Below, in pieces: positions 40,547 through 53,220 of a DNA stretch of 64,000 nt (its first letter is position 1; each line of letters opens with the position of its first letter). The stretch spans positions 93,992,001-94,056,000 of the forward strand of contig OX597824.1 of NCBI GenBank assembly GCA_951406725.2, read 5' to 3'. The translations under genes and the position numbers were made by a program. The stretch is from Octopus vulgaris. Lineage: Eukaryota. The notes under the pieces were generated by a model. That model had not been told where the DNA came from. It made no database searches and was given only the letters and a program-made list of their open reading frames with translations.

Positions 40547-40864
40547 CATACACAGGCAGACAAATAGACAGACAGATTAATATATATATAGATAGACACA
40601 CAGACAGACAAACAGACAGATAGATAAATATATACACAGACAGACAGACAGACAGATAGATAGATACATACATACATACATACATACATACATACATGCA
40701 TACGTACATACATACGTACATACAGACAGACAGATAGATCGATCGATAGATAGACAGACAGACAGACAGACAAATAGTTAGATCAGCAATACTACACCTG
40801 TATCTAAATATTTTGTTGGCATACATACACAATGTCTATATGTATATACTTTATACATACATAT

Positions 40865-40907
<43 letters not shown>

Positions 40908-40975
40908 TATATACAGTACGTATGCATATATTGAAATATTCATATACATTTATGCACACATACACTCATCAACCC

Positions 40976-41040
<65 letters not shown>

Positions 41041-41687
41041 CGTGCGTGTGTTCGTGCGTGTGTTTGTGAGTGTCGGCGTGTGTGGTGTAGAGCATACATT
41101 ACCACGGTTATAGTATGATCGTCTGGACGATTCGACAATATATTTAACACAATTGCCCCTGCACTAGAATTATAGATTATAACATATTTTTATGTCTTCA
41201 CAATTGACAGACGATGCAGAAATAAATGTCCATTTTGAAACCGTCATATTTCTTCTGGAAATTAGATCCATTATGAAGTCGTCTGCTTGTTTCCCTATCA
41301 ATATCTAACGAGTGAGTGACGCCGTGGAGCTACCGTCACTCCCTCTCAACCGTCTTCGATATAATGTTTCCGATAAAACTCATGGAAAAAAACAATAATT
41401 CTATTTACTAATATGTGTTAGCTACAGGAAATTATTGATTTAAATGTGTTTGTGTCATTCAGTCGTGAAATTTTATTCCATAAGTTCGAATCCCGGGAGA
41501 GTTTAATGGTGATAAATGTGAAAATATTGAGTACGAGACGTGCCGCCCGTTCAGTGTTGCTCATTCGACGCTGACTTATTTGACATCAGGCGTTTTAATG
41601 TTTTAATTTTTTTTTTTTTTTCGTTTCCCGTCGCAACTGCAGAATTATTATTTTTTTTCCATGAGTTTTGTAGGAAACATTGTATCT

Positions 41688-42075
41688 TGACCGCGGTGAT
41701 GGTAAGCGCCCCGATGGAATAAACTTCTTCCCATACGAGGGGAGTAGATCTTAATCTGGGACGTGACATGTGACGACACGTTTTCCGGCTCCAACCTTGC
41801 TACTTTGGCTGCAAACCTCGGTAACTCCGCCCGTGTTGCAGAGAAGAAAAAAATAATCCAATACAGGAGCCTGACCGACAGCTATGAGTTTGTGCCGATT
41901 GCCATCGAGACCTCAGGTGTCTTCGAACTTCGTACAACCGATTTCCTCCACGAAATCGGAATAACTGAGGCCCATCTGAGAAACGAACCCCGCGAAGTAT
42001 TTACTGCTACAGCAAGTATCACTGGCCATTCTCCGCGGCAACGCCTTTGCAATCAGTTCCGCGAGATGCGCTTGA
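41688..42075 (+). mobile_element. Restriction-like endonuclease (RLE) fragment of a CRE-like non-LTR retrotransposon
   Basis: RGDGKRPDG...(frameshift) LIWDVTCDDT...AEKKKIIQYRSL..YEFVPIAIETSG matches the RPD..D..K..KY..E.G RLE signature. Confidence 0.8.
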
Positions 42076-43436
42076 ACACGCCATTAGGGGTGTAAAACCT
42101 GCTACCTTCTTCTTCCACCTTCCGCTGTTCAACCCACCCCATCCGCTATTTATTCTTTGTTTCTTTGAATAAGTAGTTATGGGAATTTTTTTTTTCTCAA
42201 TAATCTGATCTTTCATATTTTTTATGTTTTTCTTTCCTTTCCTCCAGTAAAAATATTCCTCCATTAATAGATATTGTTAATTGTAAAAATATACATACAA
42301 TATAGTCATTCGACTGAAAAACAAACCTTTCCAAGACGGTGCTCCAGCATGGCTGCAGTTTAATGACGGAAGCAAGTAAAACCATAAAAGATAGCTTTAT
42401 TGAAGGTTAATGTTATTCTAGATATGCTGTCAATGAAAACATGCAATGGTCATATTTGGAACGATTTTGTTTATAATCCTACTCAGTCAGATTGAAATTT
42501 CAACTGGTTTATTCACTGCTGTTGTGTAACTGAAAGGATAAATTAGCACTTGGAGAAAGATACTCAAGGTGCTAGAAATTTCTTTGAAATTCGTCCCGGC
42601 ATTTTCAAGAAAATGAAAAAGAAACGAAAGTGTATTATGTTTGTAAAAACGAAGGTACAGTCGGAGCTGGAATGTATTTCATTAACAATTAACAATTATA
42701 CGTATGAAGTTATTCCTCGCAAAACATGGTTTGTACAAACTTCGAATGATACTTAGACACGTAAATAGGTTTTGCCCTGTAATGAACTCTCGCCATGACT
42801 AACTAAATAGCACAGCCTGCGAAAGACATGTTTCATGTTACAATTGTGCTTTAGGCACGATAGCCCATTCGAATTAGACTTAGAATTAGACTTAATCCGT
42901 TGTCCGTTTTAGTACATGCAAATGGTTCTGAGGTAATTTTATTGGAGTCCCTTTCTGTTACAATCACACGAGATAGATCTCCGGTCTTAGAATATTTTCC
43001 TCTTTTCTTCGCTACCAGCGACGGAAGCCCTGAAACATACTGTGGACCCTTGATTAATTACTGTGACTTAAGTAATAAAAAGGTGGGTTGGGGAAAGGGG
43101 GAAAATACGAAATTATAGGATCTGGCATGATGTAAAATCAGAGCGTATAGTGACTTAACTAAATACGACATTCTCTCGAATGCTCTATCGATTCCGCCAT
43201 TATTATCGTAATAATGATAACAACAACAGCAACAACAACAACAACAACAATACAACAAGAACAACAGCAATAGTAACTACAGCAACAACAACAACAAAAA
43301 CACCAGTAACGACACACTTGACATCTTCATATTAATAAATACAAAAGTTTTCATTTTTCTTTTTTGAGTTTTAAACTTTGTTCATTTACGTTCACATTAA
43401 GTCGCTTGTTTTTCATACAGTTTCCTTTCTCCACAG

Positions 43437-43532
43437 GTACACATCCTTGCCTACAACAGCGACCTCTACAACAACTTCACTCACGCTATTCATTCTCCAC
43501 ATGGATTAGCAACGGTCGCCATTTTTGCTACA
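43437..43532 (+). CDS. CA10/CARP-like exon B (96 bp, phase 0-0); not in the ORF track
   Basis: tttcctttctccacag acceptor and GTGAGT donor at 43533. Translates VHILAYNSDLYNNFTHAIHSPHGLATVAIFAT (cf. CA10 [30 protein letters not shown]); in frame with exon A. Confidence 0.92.
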
Positions 43533-43646
43533 GTGAGTAAAGAGAAGAAAAAAAAAACATATTAAATTATTCAAACTAAAATATTTAAAAAAGAAAATAA
43601 ATACATTTAAAACATTATTAACTTTAAAACAATGTCATCTCTCTCC

Positions 43647-43680
<34 letters not shown>

Positions 43681-44379
43681 TTCTTTCTTCTTCTATTATT
43701 TACATACTCGCCATGTTGATTTTCTTGCTTGTTTTATCTTAATTTTTACTTATTTCATATTCTAATCTTTTCCTTACTTTTGTTGTTGTGTGTGAGTTTT
43801 CCTCTTCGCTGCAGCGAAGCGTGAGGCAGTTTTCTGATGCAAAACACGGCTAAATGCCTAATTAAGTAAACATTTGTTTATTTTTCTTTTTACTTATTTA
43901 CATTGTTTATAGACCTTTAATTCTTATATTTAGTATTTTAATTATTATATATTTCGTTACCAACATACACATTTTTTTTTCTTTATCATATTTCTATCCA
44001 ATTTGATTTTCGTTGCTTCTTTTAATGTCTTTGGTTCTTTATGCAATGTTAGCTATAGACTTTTAAAGGTTCTTCGTGTCGTGAGTATATAAGTGTGTGT
44101 GTATATGTGTATTTGCTTAGAGGTGAAGCAAGGTTGGCTATGTGTGTCTCTGTGTGTTGATGGGTGTAGGTGAGTCGGTGTGTGGGGGCTGTTCATGTTG
44201 AATGCCATTATGCGAAGTTGGTATTGAGACGACTTTTCGTTTATCCGGCATTGATAACCGCTGGAAATTAGTAGCAATATTGTGATAAGGTTAATTGATC
44301 GGAGTATTAATGCGTGACTGTTTTCTTCGATAAAACTTGATAGAGATTATAATTGAAAATAAACAAGTGCAGGAGCATG

Positions 44380-44912
44380 AAGGGGGAGAGGAAGGGGAGT
44401 AGAAGATGAAGGAGGAGGAGGAGAAGAAGAAGAAGAAGAAGAAGAAGAAGAAGAAGAAGAAGATGAAGAAGGAGGAGAAGGAGGAGAAGAAATGATAAAG
44501 AAGGGAAGAAGAAGAAGAAGAAGAAGAAGAAGAAGGAAAAGAAGGGAAGAAGGAGAAGAAGAAGAGGGGAGAAGAAAGAAGGAAAGAAAGAAAGAAAGAA
44601 AGAAAGAAGGGGCATATGAAGGAAAAAGAAGAAAAAGAAAGAGGAGGAGAAGAAAGAAAGAAAGCAAGAAAGAAAGAAAGAAGCATGCGAAGAAAGAAGG
44701 AAAGAAGAGGAGGAGGAGGAGGAGGAGGAGGAAAAAGAAAGAAAGAAAGAAAGAAAGAAAGGAAAAGAAGAAAAATAAACAGAGAAAAACTGAGAAAGAA
44801 AGAATGGCAACAGAGAAGAAAGAAGAAAGAAACGAAGAAACAAAGAACAAAAAGAATAGGGAAAAGAAAGAAAGGAAGGAAAGAAGGAGAAGAGCAACAA
44901 CAACAACAACAT
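44380..44912. repeat. (GAA)/(GAAA)/(GGA) polypurine tract
   Basis: Read directly. Confidence 0.95.
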
Positions 44913-45526
44913 ATCAAGTAAACAACGTAAAGAATAGCAATAACACAAGAATAACAACAATATGGAGAGTTGTATCACGAACGAGGTGATAGGTGTGTAG
45001 AGAGTAGCGACTACAAATATAACAACAACCATAACAAAATAACAAAAATTATATAGGAGCCATGGAAACATTAAACTGAAAACAGAAGTTTTAAAGGCAA
45101 CAAGGTCACGTGATCGGTTACAGCAACAATTGGAACATTGGAATAATTTTATATCAACAACAACAACAACAATAATTACGTATCAAGACCGAAGCCTCTA
45201 TGTGGTTGCTTGGTCTGTTAGAAATAGCGGCTGAATCACCCACCTCTAATCACAACCTACTGACTGCAGAAAGTAATGCGTTGGATAACGTAGGAAAACG
45301 TTGATTTCAGTTTTCTGCATAGAAGAAAACGCTAGGATGGTCATGGCTGGAACGGGTTTAATATGGGTATGCTTGGTCGCAGCAGACATGGGTCACGGAA
45401 AAATAACAAAATCGTAGACAACAACAGCAGTGGACGCGCAATGGCCCAGTGGTTAGGGCAGTCACTGATATCGAAAAAGTAAACAAGCAATAATCAGTGA
45501 CTTTTCGTCACTGGAAAAAGGATATA

Positions 45527-45663
45527 TATTTGCAAAGGGAACCCACTTTTCATCGGCAATCGGTGATTGTCGTACGCTGATGTCGGGTCAAATACTCAGA
45601 AACTCGAGTCCGTGTGTATCATGTCAAATTGAAGATGGGAAGGATGACTTCCCTTTGCAAATA
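45527..45663. mobile_element. Small putative MITE with 15-bp perfect TIRs
   Basis: tatttgcaaagggaa (45527-45541) and ttccctttgcaaata (45649-45663). Confidence 0.45.
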
Positions 45664-45809
45664 CTGATAGGGCACAGAAAATGTGTCAATAGCCAGCTGG
45701 AGGATGTGTCCTCCTGGGGCTACAAGCTACAGTAGCATCCACCTTTAAGGTTAGCCACATTTAAGTGGCAAATATACATCACACATATATATATGTGTGT
45801 GTGAGTGTA

Positions 45810-45895
<86 letters not shown>

Positions 45896-46132
45896 AGGTT
45901 GAAAAGGAATACGCGAGTTGATATATATGGAAAAAAGTCAAGGTAGAAAATGCTAAAATAATATAAAAAACATTTTAGTACCGGTTTCAGTCGTTGAGAG
46001 TTTTTCAACTGTAAGTATGGAAAACAATTAAAGTTTGGAAAAATTAAATGAAAAGTATTTTAAAAGAATATTTACATAGTATTCAAATACAAGAGGTGTT
46101 TTCTTTGTATCTACCTGTCTCTGCCTCTCTTG

Positions 46133-46171
<39 letters not shown>

Positions 46172-46799
46172 CGCAACGCATTCTTTCACTTTCCGACTAT
46201 TAAATTCCCTCACAAGCCTTTGATTGACCTAGGGCTATAGTAGAAGACACTGAACCCGGAATCAAGAGGTTTGGAGGCAAGCTTCTTACCATACCGCCAC
46301 GTCTGCGCCTAAGTTGATAGAAATATTTTTAAGATATTAACTTCCTTAGATGAGGTAAATAGTCTAAAAGTTTCTAATCTTATTAACGAAAACTCCACTC
46401 ACACATCTTAAGATTAAATTACTTAGTGGCGTCATCAGTCTGATAAACAATAGTTAAGTTAATGTTAATGTAGTTAACGTAGAGAGCATTAAAAACAGTA
46501 GCAAGAAAGAATGACAGAAAATGAAAACAATATTACCTGTTGACTAATATTAAAAGTCTCATCAAATTTCGTTTTCATTGCTAGGTGTAGAAAATAAAAT
46601 TGCTTGAAGGACACATGATGGAGAGGCGCCATTCTCGTCGTTGACTGATTTATATTATTCTACCATCGTCTACGAATAAACAGCTTTAAACAGACGTTAT
46701 GTTAAATATGGAAGAAAATCAAAGAACTCGATTTGTATTTGGTTTGCAAGGTTCTTGATATGAACTAGCGTGTTGAAACAGATTTTTTTGTATGTCCGG

Positions 46800-47040
46800 A
46801 AGGTCATTATGCCAATAAACACACGCACTGGTTCAGATTCACTTTAATTTTCGTTAATAGGTTAGCTGTTTAACCAATTAGCTAATCGCCAACGTTAAGC
46901 GGAGAGGTCATGTAACGGAAGTGGCCGCAGAATAATCAAACATTCGATCAGTTTATTGGTTGAATAGCTGACCAAATTATGAATAGTAAAGAAGTGAAAT
47001 TCAACCTGTGCGTGTATTTATGATTGGTATAATGACCTTG
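46800..47040. mobile_element. MITE/foldback element with about 45-bp imperfect TIRs
   Basis: aaggtcattatgccaataaacacacgcactggttc versus aacctgtgcgtgtatttatgattggtataatgacctt; the interior is also partly inverted; related sequence at about 2790-2835. Confidence 0.65.
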
Positions 47041-47189
47041 TTTTTCAGCCTATTAAAGTATAGTACATATTCCATCAGCCTTTTATCCCGAACGTAAATA
47101 AGTTAACACTGGTGATGAAGCAAAAGGGGTATAAAAACACATACAGAAACACACACTAACACACGCATATTTATGCATATATAGAATAG

Positions 47190-47345
47190 GATTCCACACA
47201 GTTTCCGTCTATCAAATCCATTCAGAAGGCATTAGTCGAGGTTAGTAGAATACACTTACGTAAGCTGCCGTATATGAAGACTGACTCGCAAAACACGTGG
47301 TTGAAAAGCAGATCTATTAACACCACAGCCATGCCGGCGCCTATA
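47190..47345 (-). mobile_element. SINE family B 5' half (diverged), abutting the 43-bp satellite
   Basis: cagtttccgtctatcaaatcca...caccacagccatgccggcgcct. Confidence 0.7.
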
Positions 47346-48910
47346 CTCAGTCATTCCTGCGCCTAAACATAGTTATACCCGCGCCTATACACCTCCAGGC
47401 CTGCACCTATACACAAACATAATGCGCCTATACTCCGCCAGACCTGCACCTATACACAGACATATTGCGCCTATACACCGCCAGGCCTGCACCTATACAC
47501 AGACATATTGCGCCTATACACCGCCAGGCCTGCACCTATACACAGACATATTGCGCCTATACACCGCCAGGCCTGCACCTATACACAGACATAATGCGCC
47601 TATACTCCGCCAGACCTGCACCTATACACAGACACAATGCGCCTATACACCGCCAGACCTGCACCTATACACAGACATATTGCGCCTATACACCGCCAGG
47701 CCTGCACCTATACACAGACATATTGCGCCTATACACCGCCAGGCCTGCACCTATACACAGACATATTGCGCCTATACACCGCCAGACCTGCACCTATACA
47801 CAGACATATTGCGCCTATACACCGCCAGGCTTGCACCTATACACAGACATAATGCGCCTATACACCTCCAGGCCTGCACCTATACACAGACATATTGCGC
47901 CTATACACCTCCAGGCCTGCACCTATACACAGACATATTGCGCCTATACACCTCCAGGCCTGCACCTATACACAGACATAATGCGCCTATACTCCGCCAG
48001 ACCTGCACCTATACACAGACATATTGCGCCTATACACCGCCAGGCCTGCACCTATACACAGACATATTGCGCCTATACACCGCCAGGCCTGCACCTATAC
48101 ACAGACATATTGCGCCTATACACCGCCAGGCCTGCACCTATACACAGACATATTGCGCCTATACACCGCCAGGCCTGCACCTATACACAGACATATTGCG
48201 CCTATACACCGCCAGACCTGCACCTATACACAGACATATTGCGCCTATACACCGCCAGGCCTGCACCTATACACAGACATATTGCGCCTATACACCTCCA
48301 GGCCTGCACCTATACACAGACATAATGCGCCTATACACCGCCAGGCCTGCACCTATACACAGACATAATGCGCCTATACACCGCCAGGCCTGCACCTATA
48401 CACAGACATAATGCCCTATATACACAGACATAATGCGCCTAGGCCTGACATATGCGCCTATACCCCAGCTGCACCTATACACAGACATATTGCGCCTATA
48501 CACCGCCAGGCCTGCACCTATACACAGACATATTGCGCCTATACACCGCCAGGCTTGCACCTATACACAGACATATTGCGCCTATACACCGCCAGGCCTG
48601 CACCTATACACAGACATATTGCGCCTATACTCCGCAACTGCTCCGCCAGACCTGCACCTATACACAGACATAATGCGCCTATACACCGCCAGGCCTGCAC
48701 CTATACACAGACATAATGCGCCTATACACCGCCAGCCTGCACCTATACACAGACATAATGCGCCTATACTCCGCCAGACCTGCACCTATACACAGACATA
48801 TTGCGCCTATACACCGCCAGGCCTGCACCTATACACAGACATATTGCGCCTATTCAGTCCATTCCTGCGCCTGTACACAACGATTTCTAAGCTAGACACA
48901 GCCATGCCTG
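47345..48910. repeat. 43-bp tandem satellite, about 34 copies (ttgcgcctatacaccgccaggcctgcacctatacacagacata)
   Basis: Direct periodicity; the unit is a dimer of 21/22-bp subunits. Confidence 0.97.
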
Positions 48911-49479
48911 CGTTAACTATTGCAAAAGTTAATGTTGACGTCTAGTAATGAGAAATATATTGGGGGAAAATTTTTTCAGTCTGCTGATATCTTTGAAATC
49001 TGTCTTACGCTAGTCTTACGCTAGTCAAACTAGTCAATCTGCTAAATAAAACCGAAGGAAACAGCACAGCACATTTAGCAACGATTCATGTACAAATAAC
49101 GAACAGATTCAGAAAAGCTACGATGAAACATTAACTTTTGGCAATAACTATTCAGAAGAGATTTATGAACGTAGCGACACAAAGAAGAAACTATTTCAGT
49201 CTTCCAGTCACCTACTCTAGGAGAAATTTAATACAAATTACCACCTCGATACGTGTGTTAGTGTAAACCTGTATACAAGAGTGAGCGGCTGTTTACATAT
49301 GTGTGAAAACATTGTGGATAAATATATAGGTATGATTATATAACACATATAAGCGAGCGCAGTTTGTGTGTGTGTGCGTGTGTATATGTGCGCGTGTCTG
49401 TATGTTGTATGCATAATAGATATATAGCTAGGTAGGTGGGTAAGTAGGTAGGTAGGTAGGTAGGTAGATAGACAGACTC

Positions 49480-49538
<59 letters not shown>

Positions 49539-49547
49539 CAGATAGAC

Positions 49548-49618
<71 letters not shown>

Positions 49619-49664
49619 GACAGACAGACAGACTATTCTGAAAAATATAATTATAACAACCAAT

Positions 49665-49698
49665 GTTGCTGTTCTTGTTGTTATTATTATTATTATTA

Positions 49699-49769
<71 letters not shown>

Positions 49770-49856
49770 TTTTATTATTATTTTTATTATTAGTTGTATT
49801 AGTATTAGTATTAGTATTTTTATTATTATTATTATTATCATTATTATTATTATTAT

Positions 49857-49912
<56 letters not shown>
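49665..49912. repeat. (TTA)n / (TAG)n compound microsatellite
   Basis: Read directly. Confidence 0.95.
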
Positions 49913-50191
49913 TTTGATCATCTAATAACGATAATAATAATCGTATCGCTATCATCATCGCAGTTACCATTGATATCGGCACGCTTAACATGATCATGAG
50001 TAACACGTTCGTACAAAGCTTGAAGGAGATATGAAATAATTGGCCTAAAGTGTTGTTGTGTGAGAGAATATATAAGAATGTTTGGAGATAAAAGTGTAAG
50101 AGAGAAGATGGAGGATGGGTGGGAGGAGCGGGGCGGGAGAATAAGGAAATATAAAAGAGCATTGTCATATGTTTGTGCGTGTGGACGTGTA

Positions 50192-50229
<38 letters not shown>

Positions 50230-50265
50230 GCATGGATACATGTACACACACACACACACACACAC

Positions 50266-50337
<72 letters not shown>

Positions 50338-50356
50338 CCATGTGTACATGTATCCA

Positions 50357-50442
<86 letters not shown>

Positions 50443-50444
50443 GA

Positions 50445-51010
50445 TAGACTTGGGCGAACTGCAGCCGTGGATCAAACAGAGACCGAGGCTAGGTGAATGG
50501 CACCGCGTGTGTGGCGTTACTCTCAAGTAACTCTACCGTTAGGGGACCAAACTTGTGCGACTTGATTATAACAAAGGCGTTCTATAGACGATTAGTGGAG
50601 GGGAGGTACGACGACGTTCTCGGGTAGAATCTGGACATCGACGCAGAACAACTGACCCGCCTGTTCAGGACAACTTTCGGGCCAGGACCAACGGGCAATC
50701 ACCAAAGATCCCAAACCTGGCAGTACTATCGAGAAATATTACCTGTTCGGGATATGCTCTCCAGGCACGGTTCGAGACTCACTGGACTGATTTGCCCGAG
50801 ATGCGGTCAGAGCGACGAAACCGTTCTGCACGCACTCGTGCAGTGTCCAAACATTTCGGACCTGTGGGCTTATGCCGAACAGCTGCTGCCCCGCGTAGGA
50901 CGAATCCGCCTATCGGCCGAGTCTATCGTGGCAACGGCTCCACCACCAACCGGGAAGGCTAGGCAGTCTTCATCGTACTGGTGGCCATAGTGAAAGAATG
51001 TGGGTGGTGG
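50445..51010 (+). mobile_element. L1/Tx1-type LINE ORF2 C-terminal remnant (zf-RVT zinc finger)
   Basis: CPRCGQSDETVLHALVQCPNISDLW matches the C-x2-C...ET..H....C......W motif. Confidence 0.8.
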
Positions 51011-51149
51011 CCATCCACACGCACATATAAATGTATATATGTACGAATGTATACATTTATAAAAACAGATGTTTATGTACATGCATGTACATGTATGTGT
51101 GTATATATATGCAAAAAATATATTTATAAAATAATAAAATAAAAGGAGG

Positions 51150-53220
51150 AAAAGGCACACAGTTTACATAGTTTTGATGCATCTTTTAATATATTTTATA
51201 GGTGAAGGAATATTGTGTTTGTCGACCGGTTTCGCTTTCGCTAATAATTACATTGAAATTATTGTAATTTTGCATTTCCTTAAGATTTTAGTCCGTATTG
51301 TATATGGGTGTTTACGAATGAAATGAATCAACAAGCAAGTGATCGTTATTTGGGGAGGGGATGAATAGATATACAAATCTCAAAAACGAATGTAGTGAGA
51401 TGAAGTATTTACAGTGAAGGGTATGTGAACATGAATTAAAATATACACTGAGACCAAAGTTCATTATGCCTTCATACTTAAGCGTGTTCTGTATTTTTCA
51501 ACAAATAGATTTTTTTTTTGTTTAAACGTTCTTGTACAGAAATTGTATCTTTGAACTGGCAGATGGGGAAAATTGTGAAGTTTGGTTGGATATTACCTGC
51601 ACATCTTACTATGTGTTCAGTGAAAGCAATCTCTCTGTACTATGAGAAACGGGTCTGTTCCTTATTTAGTGTGGCTCTTCGTCTAAGTGCCATACTTGTC
51701 TGTCCTATATAGTTATGTTCACAACCTGAACAAGTTATAACATACATTAGATTCTCGGAATCACAAGTGAAGTTGGTTTTAATTGTGAACCTCTCTTCTT
51801 GTTTGAATATGAATTCCAAGCCTTACAGCAGGTTAGAGCATGTTCCACAGTTTGGGCATCCACATTTTTTAACCATTGGTTTCGTGGTCGTTGTGTAAAG
51901 CTTCGCATTTGTCAGAAGTTCTTTCAGTGATTTGTGTTGCTTTTTGCATTTGATGAATTTATGTGTTTTCAGGATGTTGTTTATTTTGGGATACCTAATG
52001 AGAATAGGTAGATTTTGTATAATAGTATCGTATGCTCCATTATTTCTAGGGTTGTAAGCTCATATATACTGTAGTGTAGTGTCTTAAGATGTGGTGTTTT
52101 AATGCCTAATATTTTTGGCTCGCTTAATTCCATCGACTATAAGTGAGGATGGATATTGTCTCTCAGTCAGTGTTGTTCTGAGGTCTTGAAGATAGAATTT
52201 ATCGGTATTTCCGCCAGACAAATCCTTTTTGCTAAATGAAAGGGATTATTTCTTTTGATGTGTTTCGAGTGGCGTCAGCTAAGAAGAAATCTTTTCCAGT
52301 TTTCTTTTATATACTGGTGAAATTAATGTCCATATTTTTGCAGTGACACTTAATATATGGTGAATTCAAAATCTTCCATTATTAGGTTCGCAAGAACAGG
52401 GGCTGCTTTCATTCCCATTGTAATCCTGTCTGTTTTACGATATTAAGTGTCATCAAATGAGAAATGATCGATCTGAAGTACAAATTTTTAAGTTCCAATA
52501 ACTAAAACCTGGTTTATGCGTTCCGGACGTTCTTCGGGGTACTTTTCCATCCAGAATTTTATTGCTACTATACCATAGTAATGTGATATATTGGTGTAAA
52601 GATTAATGATATCGAAGAAAACCAATAATGTCTCTTAATTAGTTGTTTTTGGAAGGTGTTCAAGCATATTCAGAATTCAAAAGAGCATAGTCTTTACTCT
52701 TTTACTTGTTTCAGTCATTCGACTGCGGCCATGCTGGAGCACCGCCTTTAGTCGATCAAATCGACCCTGGGACTTATTCTATGTAAGCCCAGTACTTATT
52801 CTATCGGTCTGTTTTGCCGAACCGCTAAGTGACGGTAGATCGTCTCTAATGAAACTTTTTATGTATTTCAGCAATGATTTCAATAGCATGTCAAGAAAAA
52901 TTCTTAGGGGGTCGGTTTCACAGCTGGGTCAGCTATAATGGGTCTTAACTTTAAATCTTCTGTCGCTAAGATATTTAAGTATTTGCCGGGTGATTGTTTG
53001 AATGCTTCATTGAATATGTTGCTCTTGTGTATTTTAGGTGGAACGTACAAAAAACTAGGTTTAGATTTAAAGTTCGCGGTATAATCTGTTTCTTTTCCTG
53101 TCAGGCCTTTTCCATGAATTAAAGATGCAAGATTCTCCCTTTTTTTTGTTTTTGGTGTTTATAGTTTACAACTATTTCGTAGAAGGTAGCATTTTCTAGC
53201 ATGGCTAATACTAGGTTTTA
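51150..53220 (-). mobile_element. Penelope-like element remnant (RT + Zn knuckle + GIY-YIG endonuclease, Neptune-like), heavily decayed
   Basis: Minus-strand motifs in order: KPSFLYVPPKIHK, LRPIIA, FDIINLYTNISH, ITMGMKAAPVLANLIMEDFE, CGCPNCGTC, TCDSENLMYVITCSGCEHNYIGQT; hammerhead relic (GAAACCGGTC) near 51221-51290. Confidence 0.9.
52693..52835 (-). mobile_element. SINE family B 3' half nested in the PLE remnant
   Basis: tttacttgtttcagtcattcgactgcggccatgctggagcaccgcc...gaaccgctaagt. Confidence 0.8.

Noticed and set aside
43411-43436. Alternative acceptor CAG ending at 43420, upstream of exon B
   Set aside because: Adds 16 nt and shifts the frame; the 43436 acceptor preserves homology.
47345-48910. 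CRISPR-like array or long repetitive protein (ORFs up to 329 aa)
   Set aside because: Head-to-tail units with no unique spacers and no cas genes in a eukaryotic intron; the 43-bp unit is not a multiple of 3, so the ORFs are stop-poor artefacts.
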